A stretch of 62,650 bases of DNA, filler included, from Sphacelaria rigidula (GCA_964200075.2; 11 parts of 11 records of this genome joined end to end with filler, not necessarily neighbours in it), one strand, 5' to 3'; counted from the first letter of the whole stretch, positions 36,611 to 50,192 are shown. Notes: generated from the letters alone by a model not told the origin. Made by a program: numbers and translations.

Positions 36611-37249
36611 GTGAGAAGGACGACGAGTAGGGACGGGAGTGGGGGTGGAAGCGGGCGGGTGAACTGAGAGGCTGAGGGGGGAAGGGGGGAGGAGCGGGAG
36701 AGAGTTGGACCGTGGTTCGGTATAATTCATGAGGCATAGTGAGGCGGTGGGATCTACTGTTTTCTTGCAAGTACTGCAGCATTTTATGCGAACGGTTGGC
36801 AGTATTCCGGGGAAGCTGGATGTGCTCTCTTCGAATAGTTGAATGGGTGGAGGAAACCAGACACTAGGCACCACCAAGTGCTTTTGTTGTTGTTGGTCCG
36901 ATTGTGCCGACGATTCGGTTTATTCATTTACATCGGTCAGATGTGTTGCCGCTCTCCGCGACGAACCATGTATACAGTAATAGTGTAGAATTTTATTTCG
37001 GATGGGATGCGCAGCAACTAGCTCTTTGTATGCATCAAGAGACCTCAAGACAAACCTGTCCTCCACACTTGATGAGACATCTATCACTTTCGACCGCGCC
37101 AGAAAATCCAATCCTCCAACGCCCACAGACTGATGCCCGTCCTCACGTCTCCACTTCGCCGTCTTTTCCATTCGCCTCCGCCCTCCGCCCCCTCCCCGCT
37201 CCGGGCACCGTTGCGTATTACGCCTCCTTGTCACCCACCTGCGGCACAG

Positions 37250-37430
37250 GGCGGACGTGAACGCCGCCGACGATTGGAAGTGCACCCCTCTTCACAGAAG
37301 TTGTCACAGCGGAGACGTCGAAATCGCTGCGCTTTTGGTGAAGCACGGGGCGTCGTTGTCGACGAGAGATGATCAGATGGAGCGCCCCGGTCAAAGATTT
37401 GCGGATGGTATTTCCGCAGAGCGGCGAGAG
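37250..37430 (+). CDS. Ankyrin-repeat protein B exon
   Basis: G-ADVNAADDWKCTPLHRSCHSGDVEIAALLVKHGA; phase-2 acceptor; donor gag|GTGTGT (phase 0). Confidence 0.87.
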
Positions 37431-37847
37431 GTGTGTTCATCGGTACATACTACCCATGTAGGCATCAACACCTACCATGGATAGACAACAGGCTCTAGCA
37501 CTCGAGTTGATGCAGAAGTATATCGCGGGTGCATGCCCAGGCGTGTTTCAAAAGACGCTAGCGCGCGGTATCTCGATATCCACAGAGAGAATCGCAAGCT
37601 GGTTTCGCGAATTTTGCTGAGAGCCCACTGGTGAAGCTAATAAACCCAGCGGGGTAATCTAGATTATCTTTCTCGAAGGCCAGGAGCCGAGTAATACTTG
37701 CACTGAGTGGTGGGAGCCCCATGCAGGGGGAGAGCTGTCGTCCGTACTAAGAGACCTGTAAACGTCACAAGATTCCACACGTCGGACGAGCACGAGTATG
37801 ACTCGTGGCACTCGCACTCGTTGGGCTGTGTTGGCCGTAAAAAATAA

Positions 37848-38148
37848 TAGGGCGAGTACTCGAGTCATTGCTTGTTGTGGAAAAAAATAGTAGGGCGAGC
37901 ACTCGAGCCATTGCTCGTCGTGGAAATAATTAGTAGAGCGAGCACTCGAGTCATTGCTCGTCGTGGAAATAATTAGTAGGGCGAGCACTCGAGCCATTGC
38001 TCGTTGTGGCATTAATTAATAGGGCGAGCACTCAAGTCATTGCCCGTTGCGGGAAAAATTGATAGAGCAAGCGCTCGAGACATTGCTCGTTGTGGCATTA
38101 ATGAGTAGGGCGAGTACTCGAGTCATTGCTCGTGGTGGAGACGTAAAT
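37848..38148 (+). repeat. 43-bp palindromic tandem array, 7 units (degenerate units continue to about 38510)
   Basis: Units start at 37848, 37891, 37934, 37977, 38020, 38063 and 38106; 33-nt core tagggcgagcactcgagtcattgctcgttgtgg plus 10 AT-rich nt. Confidence 0.95.
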
Positions 38149-38794
38149 GACTCGAGCACATGAGTCATTGCTCGTGATGAACGATTTTAGTGGAGGAGTC
38201 AGCAATCCGTTGAGAAAATTATTATAATGAGCCCTTGAACGATGTTGAACCTAGAATCTTCCTGTTCACATGCATATCTGCGCATGTACAAGCGTCAAGC
38301 CCTAAAGCTCGTTTTTATTTTATTCAATCCCCCCCACAGATCGGGGTCCTACTAGAGTGGCGGAGAGTATCTCTTGAGCAGTACATCTTTAGGGCGAGCA
38401 CTCGAGTCATTGTTCGATGTAAAAGAAAATGACTCGAGCAACGAGTCATTGCTCGTTGTGAAAGAAAATCAATGACTTGAGCACACGAGTCATGCTCGTT
38501 GTGTCCTCAAGAAAACATCCACGACTGCACTCGTTTCGACGAATAATGACTCGTCCGACGTGTGCAAGATTCCCCAGTCGCGCTCGTATCTCTTTTGGCA
38601 ACCGCTGGATATGCACGCTTGCTCCACTTGTTGATGTCGCTGAAAGCACGGATTCCTCTCGGTGTAACACAGTGCTGGTTCGACTCACTGGAATAAGCCT
38701 GTCTTCTCAAAAGCACTATACCATGCTCTCATATGCAAGCGTTCGTTGACTCTCTATGAAGCCGATACTGTGACCTCCCCCCACTCCTCAACAG

Positions 38795-39424
38795 GCTATC
38801 AAGAAAATTCTTGCTGTCGACACTGGCCGCAACGCAGCCCCTCCAAGCTGGGCCAGAACGAGAAGTGCAGATACAGCCCAATCTAGCATCGGCAAGACGT
38901 CGGGTGCCGCCGGCCGCTACGTTCCTCCGGGAGCGCGAAGGTCCCAGTCGATGGTGATCCTCGATAGTAACGATGGCGTGAGCGGGGGTATGGGAGGCGA
39001 GGCTGGGGGGACGGAAACGGGGGCAGTTCCTAGGGTCTCTGCCACTCAACCCTGGCGGCGAAAATCGGCTTCGACACCGCCGAAAGCAAGCGGTGGCGAC
39101 GTTACGGGCAAAGGTGACGATGGTGCTAGCGGCGATATCAAGGACACTGTGATCAAAATGCAACCTTGGCGAAGGGCATCGATTGCGGTGGTGGGGAGCT
39201 TCGGAGAGTGCGGGCCCGACATCGGTGAAGACGGCCGCGCCGTCGAGACCACCATCGAAGGTGGTGGTAGCCCTGTTGGTGGAGATCGTGATTGTGGCAC
39301 CAGCGCCGGCTGCTGTGGTGGAGCCGTGGATAATCCGACGATGGGGATAGGGTTGGATGCGTGGGCTGGACGAGAGGTCGAAGAGCAGGGGGCGAAAAAC
39401 GCAGTGACTGCGGATGGAATCTGA
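38795..39424 (+). CDS. Ankyrin-repeat protein B, probable last exon (G/S-rich tail)
   Basis: ctcctcaacAG acceptor, phase 0, AIKKILAVD... in frame with ORF 38951-39424; stop TGA. Confidence 0.72.
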   Translation, partial: AIKKILAVDTGRNAAPPSWARTRSADTAQSSIGKTSGAAGRYVPPGARRSQSMVILDSNDGVSGGMGGEAGGTETGAVPRVSATQPWRRKSASTPPKASGGDVTGKGDDGASGDIKDTVIKMQPWRRASIAVVGSFGECGPDIGEDGRAVETTIEGGGSPVGGDRDCGTSAGCCGGAVDNPTMGIGLDAWAGREVEEQGAKNAVTADGI

Positions 39425-39934
39425 TGGAGAAGAGCTGAGTGCGGGGATATGGAGGATAGCGGGGTCGCCTCTGACCGATCTTGAGCGAGGGATGGTAGCT
39501 GCGATCTTGTTGGGTTCGATGCCGGTCTGTGCTATGATGACTTCCCGCCTGGATATGATTTGAGATGAAATGGGGTCGCTTTTGCCTTATTTTTTGTCTG
39601 TTGTCTGTTGAAGCTTGTGGTCGGGACGGTGGCTCTTGTATCTTCTGGGTCCATTCGTGTTGTTGCTTGTTCGACGATCGTGAAAGCAGTACGCTAGTCG
39701 GTGTGCCTAGTGCGGAACGTTGGTTGTGTGGTGTAGTTAACAGAAAGAGTAGATGAGGAATTCACTCCACCCGACCCACACGTGCACCACTCCCCCCCCC
39801 ACCACCACCCCCCCGCCCGCCACCCACCACCCACNNNNNNNNNNNNNNNNNNNNNNNNNNNNNNNNNNNNNNNNNNNNTTAATTAATTAANNNNNNNNNN
39901 NNNNNNNNNNNNNNNNNNNNNNNNNNNNNNNNNN

Positions 39935-41583
39935 GAAATCGATCTTCGCGTTGGCAACAGGCAAGAAGAGACGACGGAATCTCTCCGCCCGTCGATGTTC
40001 TGGCATATGAAAAAATCGGCACATGCTGGTCAGATCGATGATGCCAGTCTCTCGAGAGTTTGATAATCGCCGAGCGGGTACACACACACAAAAGACACGG
40101 GCGAGGAGCTTCCTTTCTGTAGTTGCTTCTTTCTCTGGTGGTATCGTCATCGACACGCGTGTAAACCGCATTCGTTAGGTGCACCTAGCCATAGCTGCTC
40201 GACTGCTGCGGACATTTGGGGGGAAAGATGACTTCGCTCGGTCGCCAGTGATTCGCGTCTTCCCTGCAAAAGAGAAATGCCACTTCAACCCCATATTTTG
40301 CATGAACCTCATTTCCTAGGATCCACTGTTGAACCCTGACACAAGACGGAGGAATACGCGTGAGTATTTGGTTGGCGGCGTCGGGTATCACCTCTTTGAC
40401 TGCAATTACAGAGCTTGAATCGCCAACCTTCATTTCTCCAACCACTTCCGCTTTTAATCCGACTGATCGGTGCTCATCCAATGTTCCTTTGAGGCCCTTG
40501 GAGCTGAAAAGGCTTCTACTGAACCGAAATTTATAAAAGTGTCCGTCCGTCCTGTGCGTCCGGGTCTCATTATGAAGCTATGAATCACGCACTTCACCCC
40601 CCGAATTGATTCGAAGCCGTGCTGCGCAAAAACACCGCCCCATCGCTCTTCAAACATCAATCGAGACCATCGCTATTCTAACATCAATCGAGACGCTCTC
40701 ACCAAGTTTCAGCTTCACCGATGCTCATTGCGTTGTGTTTCGCTTCTGTCTCCGGGTGCACTCGAGTATACCCCCATTTCGACGCCTCTTGACCAGCGTG
40801 AGTCTTATCTCAACTTCTCATACGTGACTATCGCAACTAGAATCGAGGAACTTTTGGCGGTTGGAGGCATCACACGCAGCAACCGGCTCTCCGAATCACT
40901 TTAGACACCCTTAAGAGGATTCAGCTTCATTGCTGCTTTCTTTTTTGTCTTCGCTTGTGCGTGCCGACGCCGTCCGGGCTGAGGTGAAGAGGGTGTTGAA
41001 GTACGTGAACAAGCTGTCGGCCATCAGGCATGCGATTGATCTGAACAAATCTCGGTTTACATCTCGACGAACGGCAAGCGTGCGGGTTCCCCCTAATCGA
41101 AGAGTACGAGGGAGGTAGAGACGTCCACTCTTCGCTACCAACCCTACTACGAGCGAACTCAAATCAGGTAGTCACGTCGTGAAGTTGTGCTCGGAGAGCG
41201 GATAGGTCAGATAAAAAGGATGGAGCGACGAGAAAATTGGCAAGAAGGTGAGCCTGGCTGAAGTCAAAATCCGCAAGGAGTTCGCATCTACTACTATTGT
41301 CATCGCTCTGTGTTGGTCTCTCTCCTATCTTTCGTGCCTCGCCTCTTCTTAGGATACAGCCAAGAGTTCGTGTAATGTGTACTGAGGGTGCCCTCCCTCT
41401 GGAGCATATTTGATGTCGGCAACCCAAGGCAAGGCGTCTGGGGTCTGGTGTTGTTGCTGTGTCCTACTGTGTGTTGCTGTCTCTCCCTTCCTCTCTCTCC
41501 TGGCTTCCCTCGTCTAAACCTACAGCCAAGTGTGCGTATTGTATGCTGAGTGTGCTTTCCCACTGTATTGTGTGTCCATTACA
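39935..41583 (-). mobile_element. Degraded LTR element (LTR 41371-41583 plus possible gag relic)
   Basis: 213-bp segment with perfect TGTAATG...CATTACA termini; downstream broken frames include knuckle-like CRFFHMPEHRRAE. Confidence 0.45.
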
Positions 41584-41673
41584 AACACCGAGGAGAAGCC
41601 GGAGGTGCTTCGTTGAGAACAGTGAACTATAGTGTTCTGTACTGTCGTACTATACTACACCGTCTGTAGGTTC

Positions 41674-41931
41674 CCAGGGTCGGACGAATTGATGATTCGT
41701 CTGGAAATTACTTGAGTTTAGTGTAATTGATCCGTACCGAACGAATCAAACCTTAGGCTTTCTTTTCAGCGTTGCAAGCCAGGTACGCGCAGCCCAGGCA
41801 CGTGGAATAATGCAAAGGTTGCGTGGAGACCTGTTCGACCAGCGGTCGACTTTTTTCTCTCTTTCGAGCAATCAGGCCCGAGGAATCGTGGATTTGGCTA
41901 TTCGAACCGGCCATGATTCGTCCGGACCGTG
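41674..41931 (+). mobile_element. hAT-like MITE
   Basis: Ends ccagggtcggacgaat and attcgtccggaccgtg; 8-bp flanks gtaggttc and gtgagttc (6/8 match); collinear with 53838-54088. Confidence 0.8.
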
Positions 41932-43712
41932 GTGAGTTCTATCTAAATGATCATGACAGCCAAGTGACTGCTGTTTCGTTTTTTCCTGCGTCGATCGGAA
42001 CAGTCATATAAACCCGGCTATGCGTAATCGGATTCGTTATTGACTGCAATCCGACTGGCTAAAAGTTGCATATTGCAAAAATTCGTCCCGATACACAACC
42101 TTCAGAGCTACGCTCTGATCTGAGTCTGATCCTCCACTATGCTCCTCTTGTAAGAATAAAATATTTATACTTCTCGGAATATGAACTTCATCCCGGTACT
42201 TGTCAGTTCTGTAAGACTTGTGAAGACTCTCAAACCCTACCTCACACGCCCTAACCCTACGAAAAAAACAACGTTATTGTCATGACTGTTAACAATAAGC
42301 TCTGTTCAGCTCGGTCGAAACTGGGAGCGCCATTTGCCAGTACATCGATATTTTTTCGGTCAACCGCCCCTGCCGGCTAGTGGGGGCTGCCGCGCAAGAA
42401 CGCGCCGGCCGAGGCAGAAGAAATTACGGTGTTTGACATATTTCCCCTGCAAATATCGTAAACAGTTGTGAAAAATGCAACCATTCACATTGAGTTGTGT
42501 AGAGGCTTGTACTGCTCGATAATATCTTCAAACGTGGTGAGCAATCCGAAATCATCAATCTGTATTATGTAGCAGCAGAGACTGTCCATGAGGACCTGAA
42601 GATAGGAACAAGAATGCCAAGGCTGGTAGTACCTTGGGACAAAGAGCGCAAATTATAACCGCGACTCCTTGAATAGAGCGCTTGTGTATTTTGTGATCGC
42701 CGGTTACTGTTATTTTCTCCGGATAAGGTACATGTCTGTACTACATAATGTTCAGAGCGCTCTTCATGCATTTCGCAATTGGGGTTTAGCGCTCGGCACT
42801 TCCGCATCAAGCGTCCCACCGTAATTGAGTCACACTTCTTCATTTCGTTTTCCTCATTCGACTGACAAACCGTCAACCGACTCGCTGTTGTCGATAGATG
42901 GAAACTGCACAACTAGGTACCAACGAAGTTTGTGGTACCTATGCTGCTGTGGACTGCAAACTTCAATCGCACAGTCTAATAATGTAAAGTATTATTTTGT
43001 TATAAACTCCACATGATGAAACTTATGTAAAATACTCGGTAACGACAACCGGCACAACACCTTCAGATGAACTGGACAAGTGGCGCTCTCGTGACCATTT
43101 CCAGTTGAACTCAGGTTACAATGAAGATATACAGTATTAACTGGTCCAGTTCCCAGCCCATTTAATGCATTTATTTGGTGTACTTGCCCGCAGGAGTTGA
43201 CATCACCCATTTTCAGCCCACAAATCATGGGAAAGGGGGAGCTGAAAGGGAACCTCCCTCCTTCTTTGTGTTAACGCAATACAGCACACTCCTATATGCT
43301 GTACTTGCTTGTATAGAATGCCACAGCTACTAACAAGCCGGTGTTTCCCCCCCTGTAAGTTCATCGAGGAGTAACCTGATTACCGAACGCTACCTATCAT
43401 CCCATTTTCTTCCTACCACCTACTTGACACATTTGCTTTCAACACCCGTTCGTCACGACTTCGCTCGCAGTACAACTATGTTTCCTTCCTTACTTTCCTC
43501 GCTAAACTTTCCGCAACCGTCCCTGCGTCCTTCTCCCGATTCGAACTACACATTCCTTTCCCCGTTCAATCCCCCCTGCACCATGTATGGTCCCATTTTC
43601 ATCCTACCCTCACCCACCTTCAATGAACAGCCTGGATTCGTTTTTGAGGTTCAACATTTAATTGAGGTTCAACGGACCATCGAAACTTCATTTACTTTGT
43701 TCAAAAGGCTCG

Positions 43713-43722
43713 NNNNNNNNNN
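43713..43722. other. Internal 10-N assembly gap
   Basis: Run of 10 N without the TTAATTAATTAA tag. Confidence 0.95.
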
Positions 43723-45334
43723 ACCGCTTTCGACCATGTGCCCCTAACCCAGAAGTTTCTGCACGGCGGCGAAAGCATGGTGGTGAGCAGTCTAACAGAA
43801 AAGCCGCCGTCATTCATTGTGCCGCAGCATTCGAGCAGGACCTGCGTCTAAGCGCTACGAAGCACGTAACAAAGCATGCTGAAAACATACTTCTTGGGAC
43901 TAGTCATCGAGTTTTCGAGCGCCTCTCGTTGAGTATCTGAGAGAGACTTCATACTGTTGCGCCGGCGACGACCGCCAAACGATCCAATGCGGCGGCAGAC
44001 GCCAACGATCTTCGAAACGCAGCGCCATTCAGCAGTCTGCTGAGATATACCATCACCGGAGTACAGCATCACTACAGTACAGTGGTCAGTTGGATCAAAT
44101 GGGAGCTCCCACAATAAAGCTGCAGGCACACACAACGGGGATAAGGATTAGTCCGACGCCTGGGGTTGTTTCGCCAGTAGTGCCCATGCATGCGAGGCGC
44201 TTCATCTAGTCTGAGCCAGCTATCACGCCATTTATGGCCACCTCCGCCGTGGCTGTGTTGAGAGCCGGTTTCGCGGTGGGCTGTTGAACAATACTTAGTC
44301 AACTGTAGTGTAACGCGCTCGAAAATCCCGAGCCGTTTCTTTCGAATTAGAACCCGCAGCAGCTGTAGTTTGAGTATGAGCAACGGCCTACAAAAGGTAT
44401 ACCTTCTCGTTTTTGCCTAAAAAAGGTACGCAAAATAGCCAGAAACACGAAAACAGCCAAACCCGACATTTTGACCATTTTCGCTCCGGGTTTTTCACGC
44501 ACAATATTCGGGGGGGGGTTATCGGCACCCGGGCGTCGAAAAACACGAAAAAAACACATGTTATTTGAGAGATATGGCCACGCGGAAACGGACGTCTCGC
44601 CTCCAGGAACCGCTCACCTTTTGTAGGCCAAATTCCGCACAGGTATACCTGATCTAGGAAATAGTTACCAATCGTACCCTATCTGGACCACCGATCAGCC
44701 GAGAACGTACCTGTGCTAGGCCATCGCTCTCGATACACTGTACCTGATACGGCACATCGCGCGCAAGAGAGTCTACGCGCGAACTCCAACCATGGCGCTC
44801 ACACAGGCGGCTCTTTTCTCGCTCATTTGCCGTTCACGGACGCCACAACGACCACGCCTCTTTCTCCCCGGAAATGGTTCCCGAGTCTGTTCGCTACTAC
44901 TATTCTGTGCCTATCTCTATATGCGTGACTAGTACTGTATATCCGTTGCTCGAACCAAGCATCGATGATGCGATCACCGCCCGTTGGTGGCGGAAGAGCC
45001 TAGGTTGACCCTGACACCAGCCCCGGGATCGCAACAGTACAAAAGTGTATGTTCCACAACCCACTAGATCACAAAAGACCGACGCGCTGCAAGTTGTGAG
45101 TCCAGTTATTGTGTCGATGCCTAACCTATACCCCAACCCAATGTATTCCCTTGGCAAAGTGCGACCTTGGTAGACCCCAAGTCGGCGCCTATGGCGCCGA
45201 TTTCGATGAAAATGCGTTTTGCGCATGCGAGGAGCACACGGGACTGTCAGCCCCACTAAACATCCGATTCTCGTTGTACACATGCACTCAAATCAAGTAA
45301 TATCAACAACGAACATTTGTAGCTGAACAGTTAA

Positions 45335-45434
45335 CCCCTTGACGGCGACCGTAGGTCACCTGCTGAATCGGCATCAATTTCACTTAAAAAAGGTGTTGTG
45401 ATCCAAATGAACAACCTGCATCGTGGTCCAAGGG
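45335..45434 (+). mobile_element. 100-bp piggyBac-type MITE
   Basis: TTAA-CCCCTTG...CAAGGG-TTAA; second copy at 14732-14829. Confidence 0.78.
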
Positions 45435-48400
45435 TTAACCCTCAGATGGCGAGAAAACATCATCGAACAGCCGATCCTAATTTTTGGGGTTGAAACAAAA
45501 TATGAGGTTGAAGTCCCATCCCTTCATTGCAGGGAAGANNNNNNNNNNNNNNNNNNNNNNNNNNNNNNNNNNNNNNNNNNNNTTAATTAATTAANNNNNN
45601 NNNNNNNNNNNNNNNNNNNNNNNNNNNNNNNNNNNNNNATTATGCGATGAAAAAATTACAGCTGTCGCATACTAAACGTGGGTAACCTGGGGTGGAGCGT
45701 GTGTTCTGTTCGGCACAGGTTCGGCACAGGTCCGACCAGTCAATGACGTCTTCAATACGTCTTCAATATCCCTCCGCGTTCGTATTTTGTTTAGTTGACC
45801 ACGGAGTTTTGGTCCGTCAGGCCTTCATTCACCCCCATAACAGTACAAACCTCTTCCAGCTTTTCTCGATCCGGTGTTCACGCGGGACGGTACTTGTGGG
45901 CATCATGTGCCAGTCGGTTGGACAAGTATATAGCCTCAGCTTTCGTCCATCTTCTCCAATGCTCTCACTCGTGTAGTACCACGTTGGTACAGGGATGCAT
46001 CAATCCGGTAAATGGGATTGACTACCTGTAACGAGAAGGTGTAACTGGCGACGATACCGCACGCCGGTCCTCTGTATGTGTGCTAGAGCAGTTTTCTCGT
46101 CGCAAAGGGGATGGTAACAAGTTGGCTGAAAGATAAGCCGATCAGCCACTGTCAAGCGCTCTCATCACGAACATGATCCTATTTTTATCGGTGCACATAA
46201 TAGAAAGTCGGCTTGCCGTCACCGTTTTTCTCTCCGAACGGGCGTTCTAGCTAGCTAGTACAAAAACAATATTTTGGAGCCAAAAGAGTAGCACCTCTCT
46301 CCTCTCCATTATATTTGGGGGATCTTGCCGTCAAGATGCTACATTGACCACGCATACTGACACTATTATAGTCGGGCGCCAGCTACACAAGGTTTTGGAG
46401 AAGGGGGGCGAAATACTTTTTTTTTGTTATACTACAACGCCTTCATACAAGAGGCCACTGCCAAGCGTTTGTCGCCCTTCATTTTCCTTCGTGTATAATC
46501 CAGGATCAGCATCAAAATGATCCTCACAATGCAAGACGAACATTGAAGGTTATTGCGCCAGCAGTGCATGCAGTTGTTATTCGTCATTCGTGTAAGAAGG
46601 TCAATATGAATGGTCCATGTCGAGGGCCGGTTAGGTATGCTCCATCCCGTCCGCACAGCCATCCGCTCGTGATGCAGGTCATGGATAGAAGGAGGAGACC
46701 GAGTGCATGAAATGAGTGGGATAAATGAGCGTTCCTCTGTCCAGGAACCAGAGACGCGGAAGTATAGTGTTAAAAGATTCCCTCCAGGTGCAGAGGAACA
46801 ACAACCAATTACGCTCAACTTAGCCGTTCAGTCTTTGCCGTGACTGCTTCTCAGAGGTATGAAATCAATGCCCTTTCTGGCTTTGCGAAAGAGTAAGGTC
46901 GCAACGAAGCAAGGATATCTACTGACGACCTCATTTGACAACATTTCCAACAAGCTGGAAGCAGAAACCATCCTAATCTTGTCGTGCTCATCAACCTTGC
47001 GTCACTCAATTTCAACCAAAATTCACAAGAGGACCAAAACACATCCAATCATCGCCTCGAAGCGTTTATCGTGCAACTTGGGAAGAAGTTACCTCGTTCC
47101 AAATCCTAGACAACAATGCCTTTAGTTCCCTGAGCAAATTCAAACAGGGTCAAAGCTGACCCTACGACAGTCAAGTCCGTATGCAGCAAATAACGACCAT
47201 AATATTACATCGAGCCAAAAAATACTCGAGAGGGCGTTTCCCTCTCTACTTGATTAATGCATGGACTAACGGTCAACGGTAAATATAGAGAGAAGTCATT
47301 GCCCTCCCTACTAGGCACTTTCGTCGACCATTGTAAACAATGAATAATAACACCACAACCCACCCTTCAAATCAAAAGTACAAGTGAAGACTTGAAGTCC
47401 TCAATCAAATGTCACAAAATCGTTGATATTACGTCACTTCACCAGCAGTCAACGAACAAGAAGAAGAGGCCGCGTCCCCAACCAACTTGTAGTGTTATTT
47501 TTATTCAATAGTGCGATAGTATATTGAGCAGATCTTGGCAAATAGCCTTTACATTGATGCTGTAAATGTTGAAGATAAGGGCATCGAACATCGGTAACAG
47601 CCAAAAGGTGAACCAAGAGCATGGCCAACTTCATCCAAGAGAAGTACGTGCCACGCGACATGTGTCGACGAAGTACGGGCATGCGCTTGGAAAGTATCTT
47701 GACAAATCTCTTTGCTTATCGCGAAAATGTTCCGAATTTCTCCGCTCACGGCGTTAAGTCACATAAAATATTCTCACGTGAACGATGAAGCATGCAGCAC
47801 AAAAACTCCAGTACGCGCAAGGATGTTGGACAGGAAAACTTGATGCCGTAAGAGAAGGGCTTCACCACCAAGAACGGCACCTACAAGGTTGAAAAACTTG
47901 TAGTATCATTCACTCGGTCCTCATGGCGTCTCAAACGTGCACCACGAAACCAACTTAAAGTAGATTGAAATTATCAATAGCAACTCATGCTAAAATAGTA
48001 ACTGACTACAAGAACTACTCTCAGGCGTCAAGCCCTAAATTATTCACCTATACTTTGGTTCCTGAGTTCGATTCTATCTCTGTTCGGCTCCGCGTGTCGA
48101 GTAGGATCGTTGGGCTCTGCCTCCAGTAGTCCGAATGGTCGCCTGCGGCGCCGGATCTTATGAGGTTAGCAGCACTTCTTTTATTTTGATTCGCGCCTAT
48201 GTGATTTTTTCTGGATTTCTTCTTTTTCAATGTGATTTCCTCATGCCTTATTTTGGGTATTTAGCCTGTGACCACGGACAGCGTCCGCATCAGGTGCCCA
48301 CCTCGGAAATAGAAATATGCTACTGGGCAGATATCGGGACGAGTATTGTATATCAACACAACACCACAATAACCGCGACGCCATCAACTTGGGAATCGAC

Positions 48401-49219
48401 ACTGCTTTCAGGCAAGCCAAAAAAGCAATTTGCTAGGCTGAGCGAAGTACATGCCAGGCGGCAGCGGCAATGGGGAACATAACATATTCATAGTTCAAAC
48501 GACGAAGCGCTCGCCCTCCGCACGCCGGATATTCTCCTATCAGCGGGTTGTACGTGTGGAGCCAAAAGACTGCCTCATCCAAAGCTCAAGCCTCTGAATA
48601 CCTACTCGCTACATTCACCGACAAACTCATGGTGTTTCATCGAGCTATAGTGTATCTGACAACCAGACAAATCTACGGTACAGTATTTTACAGCCAATTA
48701 AACATAGATTCATATATTAATACAACAGTATACTCTGATTTTACGATCTCTTGCTACCAACCAGAAATTCATGCAAATCCCTCGCCACGTCACATGCAAT
48801 CTCGCAGAAATCCCGTCCTCAAACTTGTATACTTCGCAGGTAATACCCCACGAATCGAAACCGATTCTCGCGGACTACCGTAACACTGCTACTGTAGTAT
48901 CGAATTTCCACGTGACCAATAAGGCCGGCGCTGATTATTCAACCCGCATTCACCCCGGGAGACATCAGTTCACGTGGAATAGCTCACACTACCCATTTCA
49001 CGGTTCGGTGTAAGGATCGCGCCATTGCCCCTCCCCGCTCCCGGTATTGTACAAAACATGGGGAGAGAAATATTGGTAGGTGGAAAGTATTAATCACACT
49101 GAAGCCATGCTGCTACACTCATACACTCATATTGCCAACACTCAAGGGTCGACAAGTACATAATCACAGCCGTGGACACATACGAGTCTACTTTCCCCCT
49201 CCCCTGAAGGTGGTACCCC

Positions 49220-49750
49220 CTATGGGGTTGGCGTCGGTTTGCGATTATGCTGAGAGACACGCCACGCACTGCGTACGCTAGGCAGTGAGGTTGCCGAACT
49301 GTTTTGCGCGCATGCGTTTTTTTTGCGGTAACCATCATGGTAGTCGAGTTAGATCGTATTGTGCGGCGTGGGAGAATCTCAACTCCGCGCAAAGATAATG
49401 ATCGTACTACGTAATGTTTAAATGATGAGACACCCATGGGGAGTGAGCGTATAAGCCGTGGCTGTCTCTGGAAGTGATCTTACCAGAAAATACAGCAACT
49501 CCTCGGAGGCTGTCATCCAAATGCAAGATAATTAGTGGGCTTCGGGTCGAATAATCTTGGCGGGATGCAGCTCACCCTTCATGCGACTCACCGAACACAC
49601 CACAGCGCTTCGCGCTTGGTGATTGATTGCGAGCCTGGTCCTGCAAAAACCCGGTGTGCTCCGTCCCAGCGTTGTAGGGATGCGAGGTCAGTGGTCTTAC
49701 GACTATGGCATGTAAGATGAGGAGTACACCCCCCCCCCGCTCCCCTCCCT
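49220..49750 (+). repeat. High-copy dispersed repeat family A, long copy
   Basis: Shares taagccgtggctgtctctggaagt, ggctgtcatcc, cttcatgcgactc and ggtcttaYgactaYggcatg with 24860-25545; poly-C end. Confidence 0.85.
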
Positions 49751-50162
49751 CATGATGGTATGGTGAAAAAAATAGGGAAACGTCAGTGTGTAGCAGACAC
49801 AGCAAAACAAGATGGGACTGTCATAGTGTCATAGTGTCATCTTCCGCCCCAGTCACGTGAAAATCCCGACGGTCACTTGAAGGAACATAAGCCAAAAGCC
49901 AGGGAACTTTGCAGAAGGAATGGAAATTCATGGTGGGTCACGATTTTCCCAACATTGCCTTGTACAGCACAGTTTGCCGAGTTCGTCGTCGAATTCCCGC
50001 TGGCGAAACACACTCAATTTTAGTACGGGACCATCAGATTCGGATCTTGAGAGGGCTGACAGTTCCAACGGCTCCCAGCGTGCACACCACACATTGTAAC
50101 TCAAATTGGCGCCGCAGCTGTACCCCCTTGCTCAAGGATTCTAGGTATGCCTTGAGTTGGAG

Positions 50163-50192
50163 CTAGGGTTAGGGCTAGGGTTAGGGTTGAGG
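50163..50192 (+). repeat. Short interstitial (TTAGGG)-like tract
   Basis: ctagggttagggctagggttagggttgagg; a similar degenerate tract lies at about 33644-33675. Confidence 0.6.

Noticed and set aside
37848..38148. CRISPR array
   Set aside because: The linkers are only 10 nt, AT-rich and related (two are identical). There are no cas genes and the array lies in a eukaryotic intron.
1561..39424. Ankyrin gene cluster or a multi-gene system with the reductase and KH genes
   Set aside because: The genes are on separate scaffolds placed together only by length sorting.
43723..44560. hAT transposase C-terminal relic and terminus
   Set aside because: Only vague resemblance; no diagnostic motif or paired TIR could be read.
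47540..47880. Decayed AAA+ ATPase on the minus strand (VLLLDEVG Walker-B-like; VPFLVVKP upstream)
   Set aside because: Motif-level resemblance only; no intact Walker A, and the frames are broken by stops. A TBLASTN hit would be needed.
50163..50192. True telomere
   Set aside because: About five imperfect units in the scaffold interior.
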